Part shown: positions 12,961 to 26,070 of the stretch, in pieces | Layout of the letters: every line of letters begins with the position of its first letter | Numbering within the stretch: the first letter of the stretch is position 1 | Assembly (NCBI GenBank): GCA_964016885.1 | Contig: OZ024743.1 | Span: 190,712,001-190,776,000 of the forward strand | DNA: 64,000 nt | Source of the DNA: Eledone cirrhosa | Lineage: Eukaryota | Direction of reading: 5' to 3' | The notes under the pieces: generated by a model | What the model was told of the DNA's origin: nothing | Databases searched by the model: none | Seen by the model: the letters and a program-made list of their open reading frames with translations, nothing else | Translations under genes and position numbers: made by a program

Positions 12961-15256
12961 TCTAATATATATTTGTGAAATGGGTGGTGGTTGAAATTCA
13001 GTTGTGCACGGTTAAATGGTAGTAGACGTGTTCGGACGGACATGAACATTTACACACCTATGTAAAAAGTGCCAAGGAAGCAAATAGACGAGGTTTCAAA
13101 TGTCTCTAACTTGAAAAATGTGGTCCCTAGGGCACCAAAACGGTCTATTTACTATCGCTTTCGGTGAGTTATTTCCCCCTGTTCTAATACTTGGATGAAT
13201 TATTTTCCGTAGTCGCTTTCAATATTCATTGTCTTATTTACAATTTCATACACATTTTTAAACTCATCAATTTTTTTCATAACATATCAAACACAACGTT
13301 CTTTCGCTGTTAACATACAGTACCGTTTTATGAAATCGATTCTGCAGTACCATTTTACGAAATGCCAAACCGAAAACGGTCACTTTTTTCCATCAAAAGA
13401 AATAAAACCCTTAAATTGCGAAGAAGGGAGGCGTGTTCTCAGGTACGTTTTTTTCCGATATCATTTTTATTTTAATTCTAATACATGTTAACCACCACTA
13501 ACAGTAAGTAGTAGTTTTCAAAGTCAAATGAAAAGTTTAAAGAATACATGCATGTAAACTTAATGAATGGGATCTATAAGCCCTTTGGTTGCCGAGTTAA
13601 TTAATTCAGTTTTTTTTAAATATTCATTGTCTTATTTAAAATAACATATCAAAGACAACGTTATTTCGCTGTTAATAAACTGTTGCCTTCTACAGTACGT
13701 TTCATTTTCATTTTTCAATTACAGTTGCTCTATATTAAATTTAAATACTTCTATAACGATCATACAGTACCGTTTTATGAAATCGATTCTGCAGTAGAAT
13801 TTTACGAAATGCCAAACCGAAAAAGGTCACTGTTTTCTAACAAAAGAAATAAAACCCTTACATTGCGAACCCCCTGTTCTAATACTGGGGTTAGTTATTT
13901 CCCCCTCTTCTAATAAACGTCTAATATATAGAGGCCCCTCTTGCTGACCAGAGCAATCAAAGTGTAAACTATCATACAAACCTTCATAATCTGCATTTTT
14001 AAACTTGCATATCATCGACATTGCTATTTCGCTGTTAATAACCTATCACCTTCTACATTTACAGTTATTGCTATTATCCTTTTATAACTACTTCGATGGC
14101 TAATTCGCCTTCATGTCTTCTTTTAATATTGTTTTTCCATTATAATGTTGTATAAGATGCCCACACACAGCTAATAGATCACATCCATGTCGGTTATTTT
14201 TTTTTTACCCATTTAGGCAACCTCTCCTTATGAGCAGCTCCATCAGCACCAAAGCACAATTCTGGAGGAGACTTCAGAGGCAAGGGAGTTCCGTCTTTCT
14301 TCTCAGCTCATTCGACCACAACGCACATGTTTGGCGGAAACTTCAGAGGAAAGGGAGGCCGAACCTTGCTGATCGCCGCACTCGACGTCAACAATTACTT
14401 CTCAACGAGACTGCGGAGGCCAGAGAGGTCCGTTTACAGGACCTGTCCATCGACGGCAACAATTACTTCTCAACGAAACTGCGGAGGCAAGGGAAGACAG
14501 GCTGGCATCGAGACGGCGTAGACGTCAGGAACATGCTGCTGCTACAAGGGACACCTTTTGGTCAAAAGCTGGCTTCAACTACAATCCTGCTTATGACTAC
14601 GCCAATCGCACGGATATGACTCTTGGAAAAATGGATAAGGTATGTCAGTTCTGTGAGGCTTAAAAGTGGGTAGGTGAGGCTCCAGGTCTTTGCTGTTACG
14701 GGGGCAAGGTTCGACTACCGGCGTTGGCTGATCCTCCTCATTTTCTCCAATATCTTCTCATCGATAACTCTACCCACGGAGTGCATTTTCGCAACAACAT
14801 TTGGAGGTACAATGCTTGCTTCACTATGACATCTTTCGGTATAAGGGATGGCAGAAATAGAAGAACAAGCACTGACGACACTGGTGTCGCCAGTACTTCT
14901 CAAAACAATGACAGAAGGCTGAGAGAAAAACTCTATACCTACAAAATTCAAGGGCAGTGTTACCATCTAATGAGAAGCCTTCGACCACAACAAGGAGAGG
15001 AACCGAAATTCTTGCAGGTATTCTTCATGAGCGGGAATGTTGAGGAGCTTTCCCACAGATGCAGGAATAATTCTCTTATTGACCGAAACATTATTGCGGA
15101 ACTTCAAGCCACTTCTCATTGTACGCCGTCCAGCTCCAAGTGCATATTTCTATTTTTTTCCTGATACTGCTTCTTTATAATAAACTTTCAATAATATTTT
15201 TCAAATTATTAACTTAATAAAAAGTGGCCCCGGGTGCAACCGGGCTCAGCTGCTAG
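12961..15256 (+). mobile_element. Non-autonomous (internally deleted) Helitron
   Basis: 5' TC(TAATATAT); 3' hairpin CCCGG-GTGCAA-CCGGG followed by CTAG|T at 15253-15257; sits within (TA)n; contains Helitron N-terminal coding remnants. Confidence 0.85.
13362..15110 (+). pseudogene. Helitron Rep/Hel N-terminal region (STPR-like repeats and Zn-finger), frameshifted, truncated before the Rep and helicase domains
   Basis: Putative exon 1 at 13362-13442 (MPNRKRS..CSQ|GTACGT). Exon 2 from 14217 with ET.E.RE.RL repeats, then CQFCEA*KW.GE..GLCC.GGK, HFRNNIWRYNACFTMTSFG, KIQGQCYH..SL.P..GEEPKFLQ. Confidence 0.8.
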
Positions 15257-16248
15257 TATATATATATATATAGCATTTCAAAGAAAGAACAGTGTATTGT
15301 TTTACTGATGAAAACATAATTAGCCCTGAAATATGTATAGGCACTCTCTTATATTTACCTGTGTAGACAGAGAATATAAGAAGCTTGTTCACAATTTTAT
15401 TCCCCTTTTCACAGACCTCAGATTTGTATGTATACCTTCATTAAAATTAGTGTATATTTTCTAATATATGCTGTGTTGTGCATAACTATCTATTCTTTAT
15501 CATTATCATTTACATGCACAGGGCTAAGTTTAACCTGGACTGAGTAAATGTGAATATAAATATTAACAATTAGGGTTAAATTATGATTATAAATATTCAC
15601 CATATTTTCAGGCTATGTTTATATTCACATATAAAGTTTTGTTTAGAATCTGTACTGTGTAAATACAAATTCAAATTTATGTATACGTCAGCTATTTAGT
15701 GCACAATTTAAAATATATTAAGCTTAACTACCATGGGCCGTAAAATCTGCATCAGTCACATATTTCTTTGAGATTGTTTAATGTGCATATTCTCTGATGA
15801 TAAAGCAATTAAGAACATGAATGTAGGGAAGGACCACCAACCTATCTAGCATTGGTACCATGTAAGCTGGCTGGCCACAGGAAGGGCTACCCTGCTGTAG
15901 AAAACAGGCCTAAAAAGTGTTAAGACGACCCTTCAATTGTGTTATGGAATGACAACATTTCTACGTGATAACCACAACCTCTACATGCTGTATATTAGTT
16001 GGTGATAGGAATGGCATCTAGCCATAGAAAACTCACTAAACAAAGTGCTAGGAGGACCCTTCAATTGTGTCAAAGACATGACAAACTCCCTTGTGCACTC
16101 AGTAGAACAGGAAACCATATGTAATTGAAATGCAGACCCCATTGTTCTGTCTGGGAAGTCAGTAGCCTTGCTTCAAAACTAAATTGGTCTATGTAGACCT
16201 CTCCAGCCCTTGTTAACAGAGAAAAGCAGGCAGTAAATGATGCAGAAA

Positions 16249-16440
16249 ATAATTGTTTCTACTTTTGGCACAAGGCCAGCAATTATCCCAGCGTATTGCT
16301 GGTACTTTATTTTATCGACCCCATAAGGATGAAAGGCAAAGTTAACCTTGGCGGGATTTGAACTCAGACCGTAAAGGGCCGTAACTCCCTGCCGCAAAGC
16401 ATGCCGTCCGACCTTCCACCGACACTGCCAATCCACCACC
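16249..16440 (-). mobile_element. Meta-type tRNA SINE
   Basis: Family match, full length. Confidence 0.85.
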
Positions 16441-17304
16441 CATGCTGATAATAATGATGATCAATATATATTTATATATATTTATGTATGTGTGTGTGTG
16501 TGTTATTTAACACTTTTTGATCAATACTTTGAAAAAGCTATCAGCAGAAAATAGTGTATCCATGTCAGTTTTCATATATTTATACACCATATCCCTGCAT
16601 ATTGTAAGAAGTAATTCAACTATAAAATCTTGCCTTGAAAAGTCCTCCCCATCCCATATATGCATGAGAAAATCAATGTAAATATGATGATATATATGTG
16701 TGTGCATGTGTGTGTGTCTTTGAAAGCTACATACATATATTATATGTATATGTAGATGTGTTCATATGTGAATGTGTCTTTTTAGGTGTGGCACATGTCA
16801 TCTTAGAAATAATTTAATAGTTACTGTTTTAAAATATAAGAAACGTACAGCAATTTTCTTTAAGTGATAAAATATGACAATAAAACTAACTATAGAATGA
16901 AAGCAGAAAATTATAACAAACATCTGACAGTCAATGTTCTTTCCCTTCCAGTAAATTCTACATAAAAAGAATTTTCACTGAAAATTATTATTTTTTCGTT
17001 TCTCAGCAATTTTGTTTCTATCTTTGTATGTAACTATTTGTGTGAGTGTTTGTTTTTCTTTTTTTTTATTTGCTGGTATCATTAGTTCAGCATTCTACCA
17101 TATTACTTTTACTATTGCTGCATATATGCCATTCTTCTGAATAATATCTTCTATTGCCATCATCTTCTAATTAGTAATATCATCATCTTCATAAACAACA
17201 TTATATTCATCACCATCAACATTTTCTTCTTCAGTTTTTTCCCTGTGTTATTAATGTTTTATTTTCATTATTATCATTATTGTTATCATTATTTCACAAC
17301 CCAC

Positions 17305-18212
17305 AGCCAATTGAGCAGATAAATCGGTGGAAACTACTTCTAGGCTTTCTATCGAGGTATAGTGAAGGGTAACATTGATGGCATTCTTGGGGAGACTCTA
17401 AGGGTCTATGAAAATCAACTAGCCACTCTTTTCCAGAGAGCATTCAGTCCAGGGCCTATTGATAACTTCCAGAAATTCCTGGCCCATAAGTACTACCAAT
17501 GTCTACAGACATTGAACTGTCGACAGCTGGCACTGTCTGAGATGCATGCAGAGAGATGGAACCATTCTGCACACACTCGTTGAGTGTCTGACTATTGCCC
17601 ACTTGTGAGTTTATATTGAATACTTGCTGTTTTGTGTGGGATGGATTCAGCTATCAGCCAAGACCATCTTAAAGATAGCCTTGTCACCTTCCTTTAGCTA
17701 AAAAGGACAGGTAGTCTTTATCTACCTGGTGGCCATGGCAAAAGAGGTAATGTGGTGGATGCACTTAAAAGTGTTAAAGACAATGACTTTCCTCTTAACT
17801 TTGAAGTTAATGACCTTCTTGATTAACCTTTTCAGGTTTCAACTAAAGATAAAAGTCAGTGTAGCAAGAGAAATACTACCATCCAACCAGTTTGTTAAAA
17901 GCTAGGTGAGAGAGGCAAGTGTGAATGGATTTGCTTTGATTGTGTTCCTATAAATTAGAGGAGGACAACAGAGAGGGCACTTGCCCTAGTGGTCAAACTT
18001 ACCATGGCTTTGTGTGGGCTTTCTCCATGAGTGACCATTAGATATATCACCACGTTTGAGGAATTTGTTTTGTTTGATTTTTTTTTAAATGTTTTTTTAG
18101 GCTTTGTTATAAAACTTTCTTTCACACAAAAACCCCACACTACCGTTCTTTACTGCCTTTATTGTTCTTTTAATATAAGCCCTGTGTTTTTTATAGAAAA
18201 AAAATGATTATT
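17305..18212 (+). mobile_element. Degenerate L1/Tx1-clade LINE 3' end
   Basis: ORF 17362 (GILGETLRVYENQLATLFQRAFSPGPIDNFQK) is homologous to the 62357-63526 ORF; ends in ATTATTATT. Confidence 0.75.
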
Positions 18213-18221
18213 ATTAATTTG

Positions 18222-18478
18222 ATATCTCAGTCATTGTTGTTCTTTAACCGGAAATTTGCCCTAATGAATATCAAGCCGCTACCTGCAGCCAAAGATATTC
18301 AGGATATATCAGAGGATCCTTGCTGTTCCCAGTAGGCATGCTTTCTGAAGTGTTCCAAAAAAGGGAGTTGGGCTAATGTTCTTTAACCAGTGTTGGAAGC
18401 TCTTTGATATAGTACTTAGTACTCCTATGGTGATGGACACGACCTTGACCTAATGACATTTGCAAATTCTTTTCAGTT
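18222..18478 (-). mobile_element. R4/Dong-type LINE 3' fragment
   Basis: Closely similar to 18755-19010 (LQKACLLGTAR, GCTACCTGCAGCC 3' UTR). Confidence 0.8.
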
Positions 18479-18505
18479 CTTCTTCTTCTAATTATTATTA
18501 TTATT

Positions 18506-18735
18506 GGCGGGGGATTGGCGGTATCGGTAGAGGGTCGGACGCCATGCTTTGCAGCATAGAGTTACGGCTCTTTATGATCTGAGCTCAAATCCCGCCGAAG
18601 TTAACTTTGCCTTTCATACTTATGGGGTCGATAAAATAAAGTACCAGTCACGCAGTGGGGTCGATTTAATCAACTCCCCCTCCCCCAAACAAAATGACTG
18701 GCCTTGTGCCTATATAAGAAACCATTATTATTATT
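18506..18735 (+). mobile_element. Meta-type SINE (longer subfamily) inserted in (ATT)n
   Basis: Family match with GGGGTCGATTTAATC insert; flanked by ATT repeats. Confidence 0.85.
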
Positions 18736-18749
18736 ATATTGTTATTATT

Positions 18750-21700
18750 CTTTGAGTCTCAGTCACTGATGTTATTTAACTGGAAGGTTTGGTGAAATGA
18801 ATATCAAGCCGCTACCTGCAGCCCCAAATATTCAGAACGTATCGGAGGGTTCTTGCTGTTCCCAGCAAGCATGCCTTTTGAAGTGTTCCAAAAATCGGGG
18901 CTGGACTAATCTTCTTCAACCATCCTTGGAAACTCTTAGAGATAGTACCTAGTGCGCCTATGACAATCGAGACGACCTTGATTTCATGGCAGTTCCAAAT
19001 CCTTTTTAACTCCCACTTTAAATCCTGGTATCTGTTAATTTTCTCCCTTTCCTTTTCTTGCACTCTCGTGTCAAATGGACAGGCTACATCTACGATCAAG
19101 CACGATCTTTTTTCCTTGTCCAAAACCACCAGGTCAGGCCTATTGTGTTCTAATTTCTTGTCCGTCTGTATGCTAAAATCCCATAGCACCTTCACCTGAT
19201 CGTTTTCTATCACCGACTCTGGCTTATGCTCATACCACTTCTCAGAATGTGGTAAATTGTTTACTTTGCATAGATGCCAGTGGATCACCCTGCCTATCAC
19301 ATCATGTCGCCAGCCTTTATAGAGAGTCTGGGCTAGGTGTTTACACTCGGATACAATATGAGCCACAGTCCCCTATCTTTCTACCCAGATCCTACACAGT
19401 GAGCTAGCTATGGTGTTTTACCCACTTCGTTCTGAGAGCTTGCTCTTGCGCAGCCATTAGCATTCCTTCTGTCGCTTGTTTAAGGTCTGCGCTTTTTAAC
19501 CAGTTCCATATCTGTGGATCTCTGAATTATATTTTCTAAAAGAAGGTGCTATGAAGGGATTTTTCATGAAGGGTACTCCTCCTCCTAGCTGTTATTTCCT
19601 TCTTGGACACCTCCTGGTCTATTGGCTTCTCCTTCAGTACAATTTTGAGCATTGGCTCCCTACTGTCAGCCACATATTTGTGCAGGTTGGTTTTCTCCAT
19701 CTGAACACAGTCCTCTATGCTGATAAGACCTGTTCCACCTTCAGATCTCTTTAAGTAGAGTCTATCGACATCACTCCTCTTGTGGAACATGTTGTAGATA
19801 GTCAATAGCTTCTTAGTTTTCCTATCCATTTCTTTTTGTTCAGCAACATTCCATTTCAGAAGTCCCGCACTGTACCTAATAATAGACACAGCTCGGGAAT
19901 TTACTGCACTTATGACATTCCTACTATTCAGATGTGATTTTAATATGTTCCTTACTCTCATTGTGTATTCAGATCTTATGAATTTCTTCATTTTGTTGTT
20001 GTTGATTTCATCTGCCTCCAGAACACCTAAATATTTGTTTCCCTCTTCAGTGTCAATTTCCTTTATCATCTCACCTGTTTGTACCTGGATTCCGTTGCTT
20101 CTGCTCAATTTACCCCTCTTCATCACAAGGACTCCACACTTATTAACACCAAATTCCATACATATATCATTGCCGAAAATACGGACAGTGTCAACAAGCA
20201 CATCCAACTCCTCAATCTTCCCAAAGAGTTTAAGATTATCCATGAAGAGGAGGTGGTTGATGGTAAGCTCTCCTCTTCCGAACTTGTATGTTGCTCTCAC
20301 TTTTCACAATATGACGGTCAGGGGTATCAGGGCAAGGACAAACAACAAAGTGGACAAACTATCTCCCTGGAAGATACCTCTGTTGATCTTCACGCCTCCC
20401 AAGGATTCTCCACCTGATGTTAACTCTGTTTCCCAGGACTTCATACTTTTACTTAATAGGTGTTGGATGTTATCTGCCACCTTGAAGATCTCTAGGCTTT
20501 TGGTAATCCAAGAATGAGGTATCATGTCGAATGCCTTTTTGTAATCTATCCATCCCATGGCAACACCAGTGTGCCTCCTCTTACAATTCCTCATCACCAT
20601 CTTATCAATAAGTAACTGGTCCTTTGTACCACGGGACTTCTTTCTCCATCCTTTCTGTTCGTCCGGTAACAAGTTGTTTATGTGGAGGTGATAATAGATT
20701 TCCTCAGACACAATGCTTGTTAACAGTTTTCACATTACGGACAGACATGTGATAGGCCTATATTTGGTAACATCATTACCCTTGATTCGGTCTTTCATTA
20801 CCAGAAATGTGGTAGCTTTTGTCAACCCCTCTGGTACTGTACCGGACATCAAGCAGTCAGTGAACATGGTTGTCAGTTTCGGATGGAGGGATGTTATATT
20901 TTTAATCCAATATCTTTGCATACCATCTGGGCCTGGTGATTTCCAGTTGGTTAGTTTTTTGGCCTGCCCTTTAAGAGTTTCAACTGTGATACTCAAATCA
21001 GGTTGTTGGTGTGCTTGTTCACTAATGTCCTTTTGAACTGTCTCAATCCACACTGCCTGACTATTATGTTCAACATCCTGCTCCCATATTCCTCTCCAGA
21101 ATGTCTTAGCCTGTTCCGCCTCAGGGATCACATTATTGCCTCTTTCTTTCCCTTCAAGCTGTCCAAACAACATCTTCTGGTTGTTTTCAAACACGCGGTT
21201 CTGTCTATACTGAGTAACTCTGTTCTCATACCACCTAATCTTTGCACTTTTTGCTACAATGCGTTGCTTCAGTTACTCTATGATAACATTTAGCTATTTC
21301 CCCCTAGTTTTGTAATTTATTTGTAATCTATCTATAGTGTCTATGTTTTGTAATGTCCCATTCAGTAAAGACTCAAGCTTTCCAATGTCTTTTCTCATTT
21401 CCTTGATTTGACCATTCAGTCGTTTCTTCCACCAAGGTTCTGATCTTTCTTGTTTGTTGTTTCCTCTCGTTTTTATACTAAGTAATTTCCTCACTCACCA
21501 CATTTGCTGTTGCTTTGAGGATATTGTTGCATTGGTGAAGGTTCCTCGCCTCAAGGTATGGGATGACCTTGTTTACCTTAGCTGTTGTTTCTTTTAACTT
21601 TTTCCTGTCTACAAATCTTAGGTTCATAGGTTTTTCACTATCATTGTTCATTTCATCTACCACTAAGTTCAGGATATCAACCAAATCTTGCCCTGGCCCG

Positions 21701-22332
21701 TCATCATTCATTTCCTCAATGGCCGTATCTTTGTTCTAGATGTTATTTATTTCAGCATTCAGATCATTATCTGCTTCGGATGCTTCCTCAGATCTTTCAA
21801 TTTCTTCACCTTCATTTCCCAATGGCTCATTTGCCTGATATACTCCACTCTCCATTTCCAACTTAATCTCTCTGCTCAGTTCCTCCAGTTCCAACTCGCT
21901 CATCCATCCATTAGTTCTTATTACACTAGCTCGTCCGGACAATTTTTGTTCACCTAATTTAAATAGACCAATCTCGTTTCAGATGTTATACATCCGTTTC
22001 CTATAGCTTTTTTGCATGGGGTTACTCTTCAGGTAACATTTCATGACAGTTCTATTCAATTCTTTCATCCAGTTGTTCTTGTCCCATTCCTTCTTCTTCC
22101 TCCAACACCAGCAGTATTTGGATGACAGACAGGTCCCTGATGCTGGGCCAGGGAGCACTTGCTGGGTGAGAGTCTTTCACATGACGTTCCAGTCTCCTTT
22201 TCACCGTTATTCGAACTGTTAAGGTTCGACATTTAAACACCCATATCGAGGATTGGTGAATTTATGGTTACATAACCACCAGTGATTTCATCTCCACCTG
22301 TGTTTTTATTGTGGCACCATCACGCTGAAGAC
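18750..22332 (-). mobile_element. Near full-length R4/Dong-clade (REL endonuclease) non-LTR retrotransposon, frameshifted
   Basis: N-terminal MKCY..P...YRKRM; [39 protein letters not shown]; CCHC remnant HIVSEC; RHD, RPD..DVACP..EK..RY.DL..E. Confidence 0.9.
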
Positions 22333-22646
22333 GAAAATAAATAAATAAATAAATAAATAAATACAATATAAAAATAAGTTTCATTGTAATGTTTGAATGT
22401 CTGACTTAGTTTTTTTCTCTTTTTGTTTTTCAATGCCGGTAATATCGGTTACTAGTGTTGTTGTTGCTGCTGCTTCTGCTGCTGCTGTTTTTGATATTAG
22501 CTACGCTAAGCTCGTAGTCATAGAAACAAAGGAGGTAGGGAGGTGTTGCGTTCAAAACTTTTGAAATTTGTTTTTCTTTTGATGTTGTATTTGTTTTTGT
22601 CTGTGTTCTGTTCTGTAATTTTTCGACTTGTTGCTCATCATTATTG

Positions 22647-23432
22647 GCAATCGGTTCAAATCCCACCGAGGTTAACTTTGCCTTTCATCCTTCCGGGATC
22701 GATAGAATAAAGTACCAGTAATGCACTGGGTAATTGCTGACCTTGTGCCAAAAGTAGAAACAATTATTGGCAATCGGTAGAGGGTCGGGCGCCATGCTTT
22801 CCAGCATAGTTACGTCCCTTTACGATCTGAGTTCAAATCCCGCCGAGTTTGACTTTGCCTTTCATCCTTACGGGGTCGATAAAATAAAGTACCAGTAATG
22901 CACTGGGTATTTGCTGGCCTTGTGCCTAAAGTAGAAACAATTATTATTTGCCTTTCATCCTGACGGGGTCGATAAAATAAAGTACCAGTAATGCACTGGG
23001 TGATTACTGGCCTTGTGCCTAAAGTAGAAACAATTATTATTTGCCTTTCATCCTGACGGGGTCGATAAAATAAAGTACCAGTAATGCACTGGGTGATTAC
23101 TGGCCTTGTGCCTAAAGTAGAAACAATTATTATTTGGCATTATTTTGCAAATATTTGGCATTATTTTATTCATCCTTACGGGGTCGATAAAATCAAGTAC
23201 CAGTAATGCACTGGTGAATTGCTGGCCTTCTGCCTAAAGCAGAAACAATTATTATTTGGCATCGGCAGTATTGGTAGAGGGTTGGACGCCAAGCTTAGTT
23301 ACGGCCATGCCATTCTGAGTTCAAATCTAGCCGAGGTTAACTTTGCCTTTCATCCTTACGTTGTCGATAAAATAAAGTACCAGTAATACACGGGGTTATT
23401 GCTGGCCTTGTGCCAAAAGTAGAAACAATTAT
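22647..23432 (+). repeat. Head-to-tail array of about six Meta-type SINE copies, full and 5'-truncated
   Basis: Repeated GTCGATAAAATAAAGTACCAG..AGAAACAATTATT units; two identical 93-bp units start at 22948 and 23041. Confidence 0.85.
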
Positions 23433-23625
23433 TGTTATTATTTTATATTGTTATGTATATTTATTACAAATTCCATTATTATTATCACTATTGTTTTCTC
23501 TTCTGTGATGTACCCTTTCATTCAGTCGATGTAAACCTCACCCTGTTGTATTATTTTGTCCTTCCGTCATCCCCAATGTCTTGGTACTTGTAGCCAGCAA
23601 CATAAATTATTATTACTATTATTAT

Positions 23626-23841
23626 AGGTGGATAGGCAGTATTGTTAAAGTCTCGGACACCCTGCTTTGTGACATAGGGTTACAGTCCTTTACGTTCTGA
23701 GATAAAATCTCACCGTTGTTTAGCTTTGACTTTCATCCTTGCTACAGTCAATGAAAGAAATAAAGTACCTGTCACGCACAGGGGTTTATTTCATTGACTT
23801 TCCCCTCTCCGAAAATTGCTGGTCTTGTGCCTAAATTAGAA

Positions 23842-23845
<4 letters not shown>
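23626..23845 (+). mobile_element. Diverged Meta-type SINE followed by (CTA)n
   Basis: Family match; (CTA)n at about 23845-23890. Confidence 0.7.
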
Positions 23846-23891
<46 letters not shown>

Positions 23892-23904
23892 GTAAGGTGT
23901 ACAC

Positions 23905-24235
23905 TGTAAATATGATAATTACTGGATCTTCTACCGCCTGTCAGGCCTCAACAAAGACCTTAGATAGACAGTATTTGTTCATTGCCAAAAAGAGCTGTCT
24001 TTGCTAGAAGAATACTCTGTGGTTCAACGTCTTTTTGCTTTAGATACCCTCTCAGATTTAATAGTATTGAGCCCCAAATTTTTAATAACAACAGGAATTA
24101 ACTTGTGCAATTTCAATCATCAAGCCAGTATATTTTGTAATCTTTTCAATTTCCTTCTAAACAATGTTGGGGTATCTGGCATTCACACCTATACGTTTCT
24201 ATGTAAAGTTGGTACCACAACATCCAGTCCAAATT
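23905..24235 (-). mobile_element. Old REL-type LINE 3' remnant
   Basis: Minus-strand remnants KLIPVVI..LG and QKTALFGNEQIL resemble Dong C-termini. Confidence 0.4.
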
Positions 24236-24264
24236 AATGAGATAATGAGTTCGAGATCCAGATC

Positions 24265-24505
24265 GTGTAGGTGTCATGACATGCTGTAATGTGGCCGTGT
24301 AGGTAACATGGTAAACAATTCCCAGTCCACACTGTAAATGTGGTTGGTGTTAGGAAGGGCATCCAGCCGTAGAAAACCTGCCAGATAGTCCTATACGAGC
24401 GAGGCACGGTCACCCGACCAACCTTGCCTCAAATTGGGACAACTCCCATCTAACCCATGCTAGCGTGGAAGATAGACGTTAAACGATGATGATGATGATG
24501 ATGAT
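24265..24505 (+). mobile_element. SINE or LINE 3'-UTR fragment with Ceph-type domain and RTE-type tail
   Basis: GTTGGTGTTAGGAAGGGCATCCAGCCGTAGAAA followed by CTAACCCATGCTAGC..GACGTTAAAC(GAT)n. Confidence 0.7.
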
Positions 24506-24956
24506 TTGGATTTGATTCTATTAGGAACAGTTTTACTTTTGGTTACCCATACAGGAATAGAATTACACTCAAGCATTTATCTCATTCTCTGGAGTAGTGA
24601 CTTCAAGTTCTTAATCCAGTAGTAACCTTACCCTATGCCTGGGCACAGTGATTTTAATTAGGGAACTATTTTGCTTGACTTTTGAGCATGTCTACTGCTA
24701 TATCTAGGTTCTCTTGTTTAGTGGCTTTCTTATTCACTTCTCTTTTCATTTTCAAAAATCCACACACCCAACCCTTTATTATGTTTGACATTGTTCTCCC
24801 ATACAGCTTGCCATTTCTTTATTTTTAACTAAAATTATTATCTGTTTTCTTTTATCATTCTGGTTACAGTAATTAAACTGTAGCCATGCTGGGATCATCA
24901 TCATCATCATCATCATCATCATCGTTTAAGGTCTATCTTCCATGGTAGCATGGATT

Positions 24957-25051
<95 letters not shown>

Positions 25052-25368
25052 ATACTTGGGGAGGGTCATATTTGTGTAATATTGCCAGAATTAGTAACAG
25101 AACACACTCACTGTTTGGTTGGTTTTCGCTTCTCGCTGTCTTTTATATCTGCGATCTAACTTACTCGGTCCTCAATGTTGCCATTGACTGACCGACGGTC
25201 AAAAATAATACAGATACAATATAGACGCAAACACATATATATAGTTTACATAATTTACATAAATCTTTCGGTGCACATCTGCAACATCGTCAGTGGTGTT
25301 ATATTTTTTCCTCCTGTTGTGTTGTATGTCTACGCCATTTTTTATTCAGTCTGTCTATATATTTATAG

Positions 25369-25762
25369 GAAATGTATCATATGTAAGGTGAACCCCCAGA
25401 TAAACTGTAAAACTAGAAACGTAGTCTATAGCATAAGATGTACAGAGGGTACTTGCAGAAACATGACAACAACATACATAGGTGAGACAGCTCGTAGCAT
25501 AGGTGAAAGGATAGACCAACACTGGGAGGAACTAAAAGGACGAAAAAACGGATCAGTACTATACGAACATGCTAGACAACAACATGACGGTAACATAGAC
25601 AACATAGAAATTAGAATAATATCTAAACATAGGAATGACCCAGCAGATAGGCAAATCAGAGAGGCCAGTGAAATAGAAATTAGAAGACCAAATCTAAACA
25701 GAAAGAATGAGTGGAACAACAACAACACCCAAACAAACAACACTGACCAAAGAAAAGTATAA
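25369..25762 (+). pseudogene. PLE C-terminal GIY-YIG endonuclease fragment
   Basis: NCKTRNVVYSIRC....C.......YIGETARSIGERIDQH...LYEH....H...RQIREA.EI....LNRKNEW. Confidence 0.85.
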
Positions 25763-26032
25763 ATAAGTAAATAAAATAAAATAAAATAAGATAAATAAAT
25801 ACATACACAAGCACAATAACAACAAGCATATAAACACACACTAGTCACCCAGCAAACACAACACTATACACACTAGTCACACAGCAAACATAACACTATA
25901 CACACACGCAAACGCATGCGCAAAGAAGACAAAATAAAATAAACAAACAAGCAAATAAATAAATAAATATATAGACAGACTGAATAAAAAATGGCGTAGA
26001 CATACAACACAACAGGATGAAAAATATAACAC

Positions 26033-26070
26033 CACTGACGATGTTGCAGATGTGCAACGAAAGATTTATG
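26033..26070 (+). ncRNA. Hammerhead-like motif in PLE pseudo-LTR (stem I weak)
   Basis: CTGACGA-T-GTTGCA(GATG)TGCAAC-GAAA-GATT-TA. Mirror copy on the minus strand in the left arm has one stem II mismatch. Confidence 0.5.

Noticed and set aside
15840-16090. Imperfect tandem duplication containing GACCCTTCAATTGTGT
   Set aside because: Appears to be old Ceph-type repeat debris, too decayed to interpret.
22647-23432. CRISPR-like repeated array
   Set aside because: Units are SINE fragments without unique spacers, the context is eukaryotic, and there are no cas genes.
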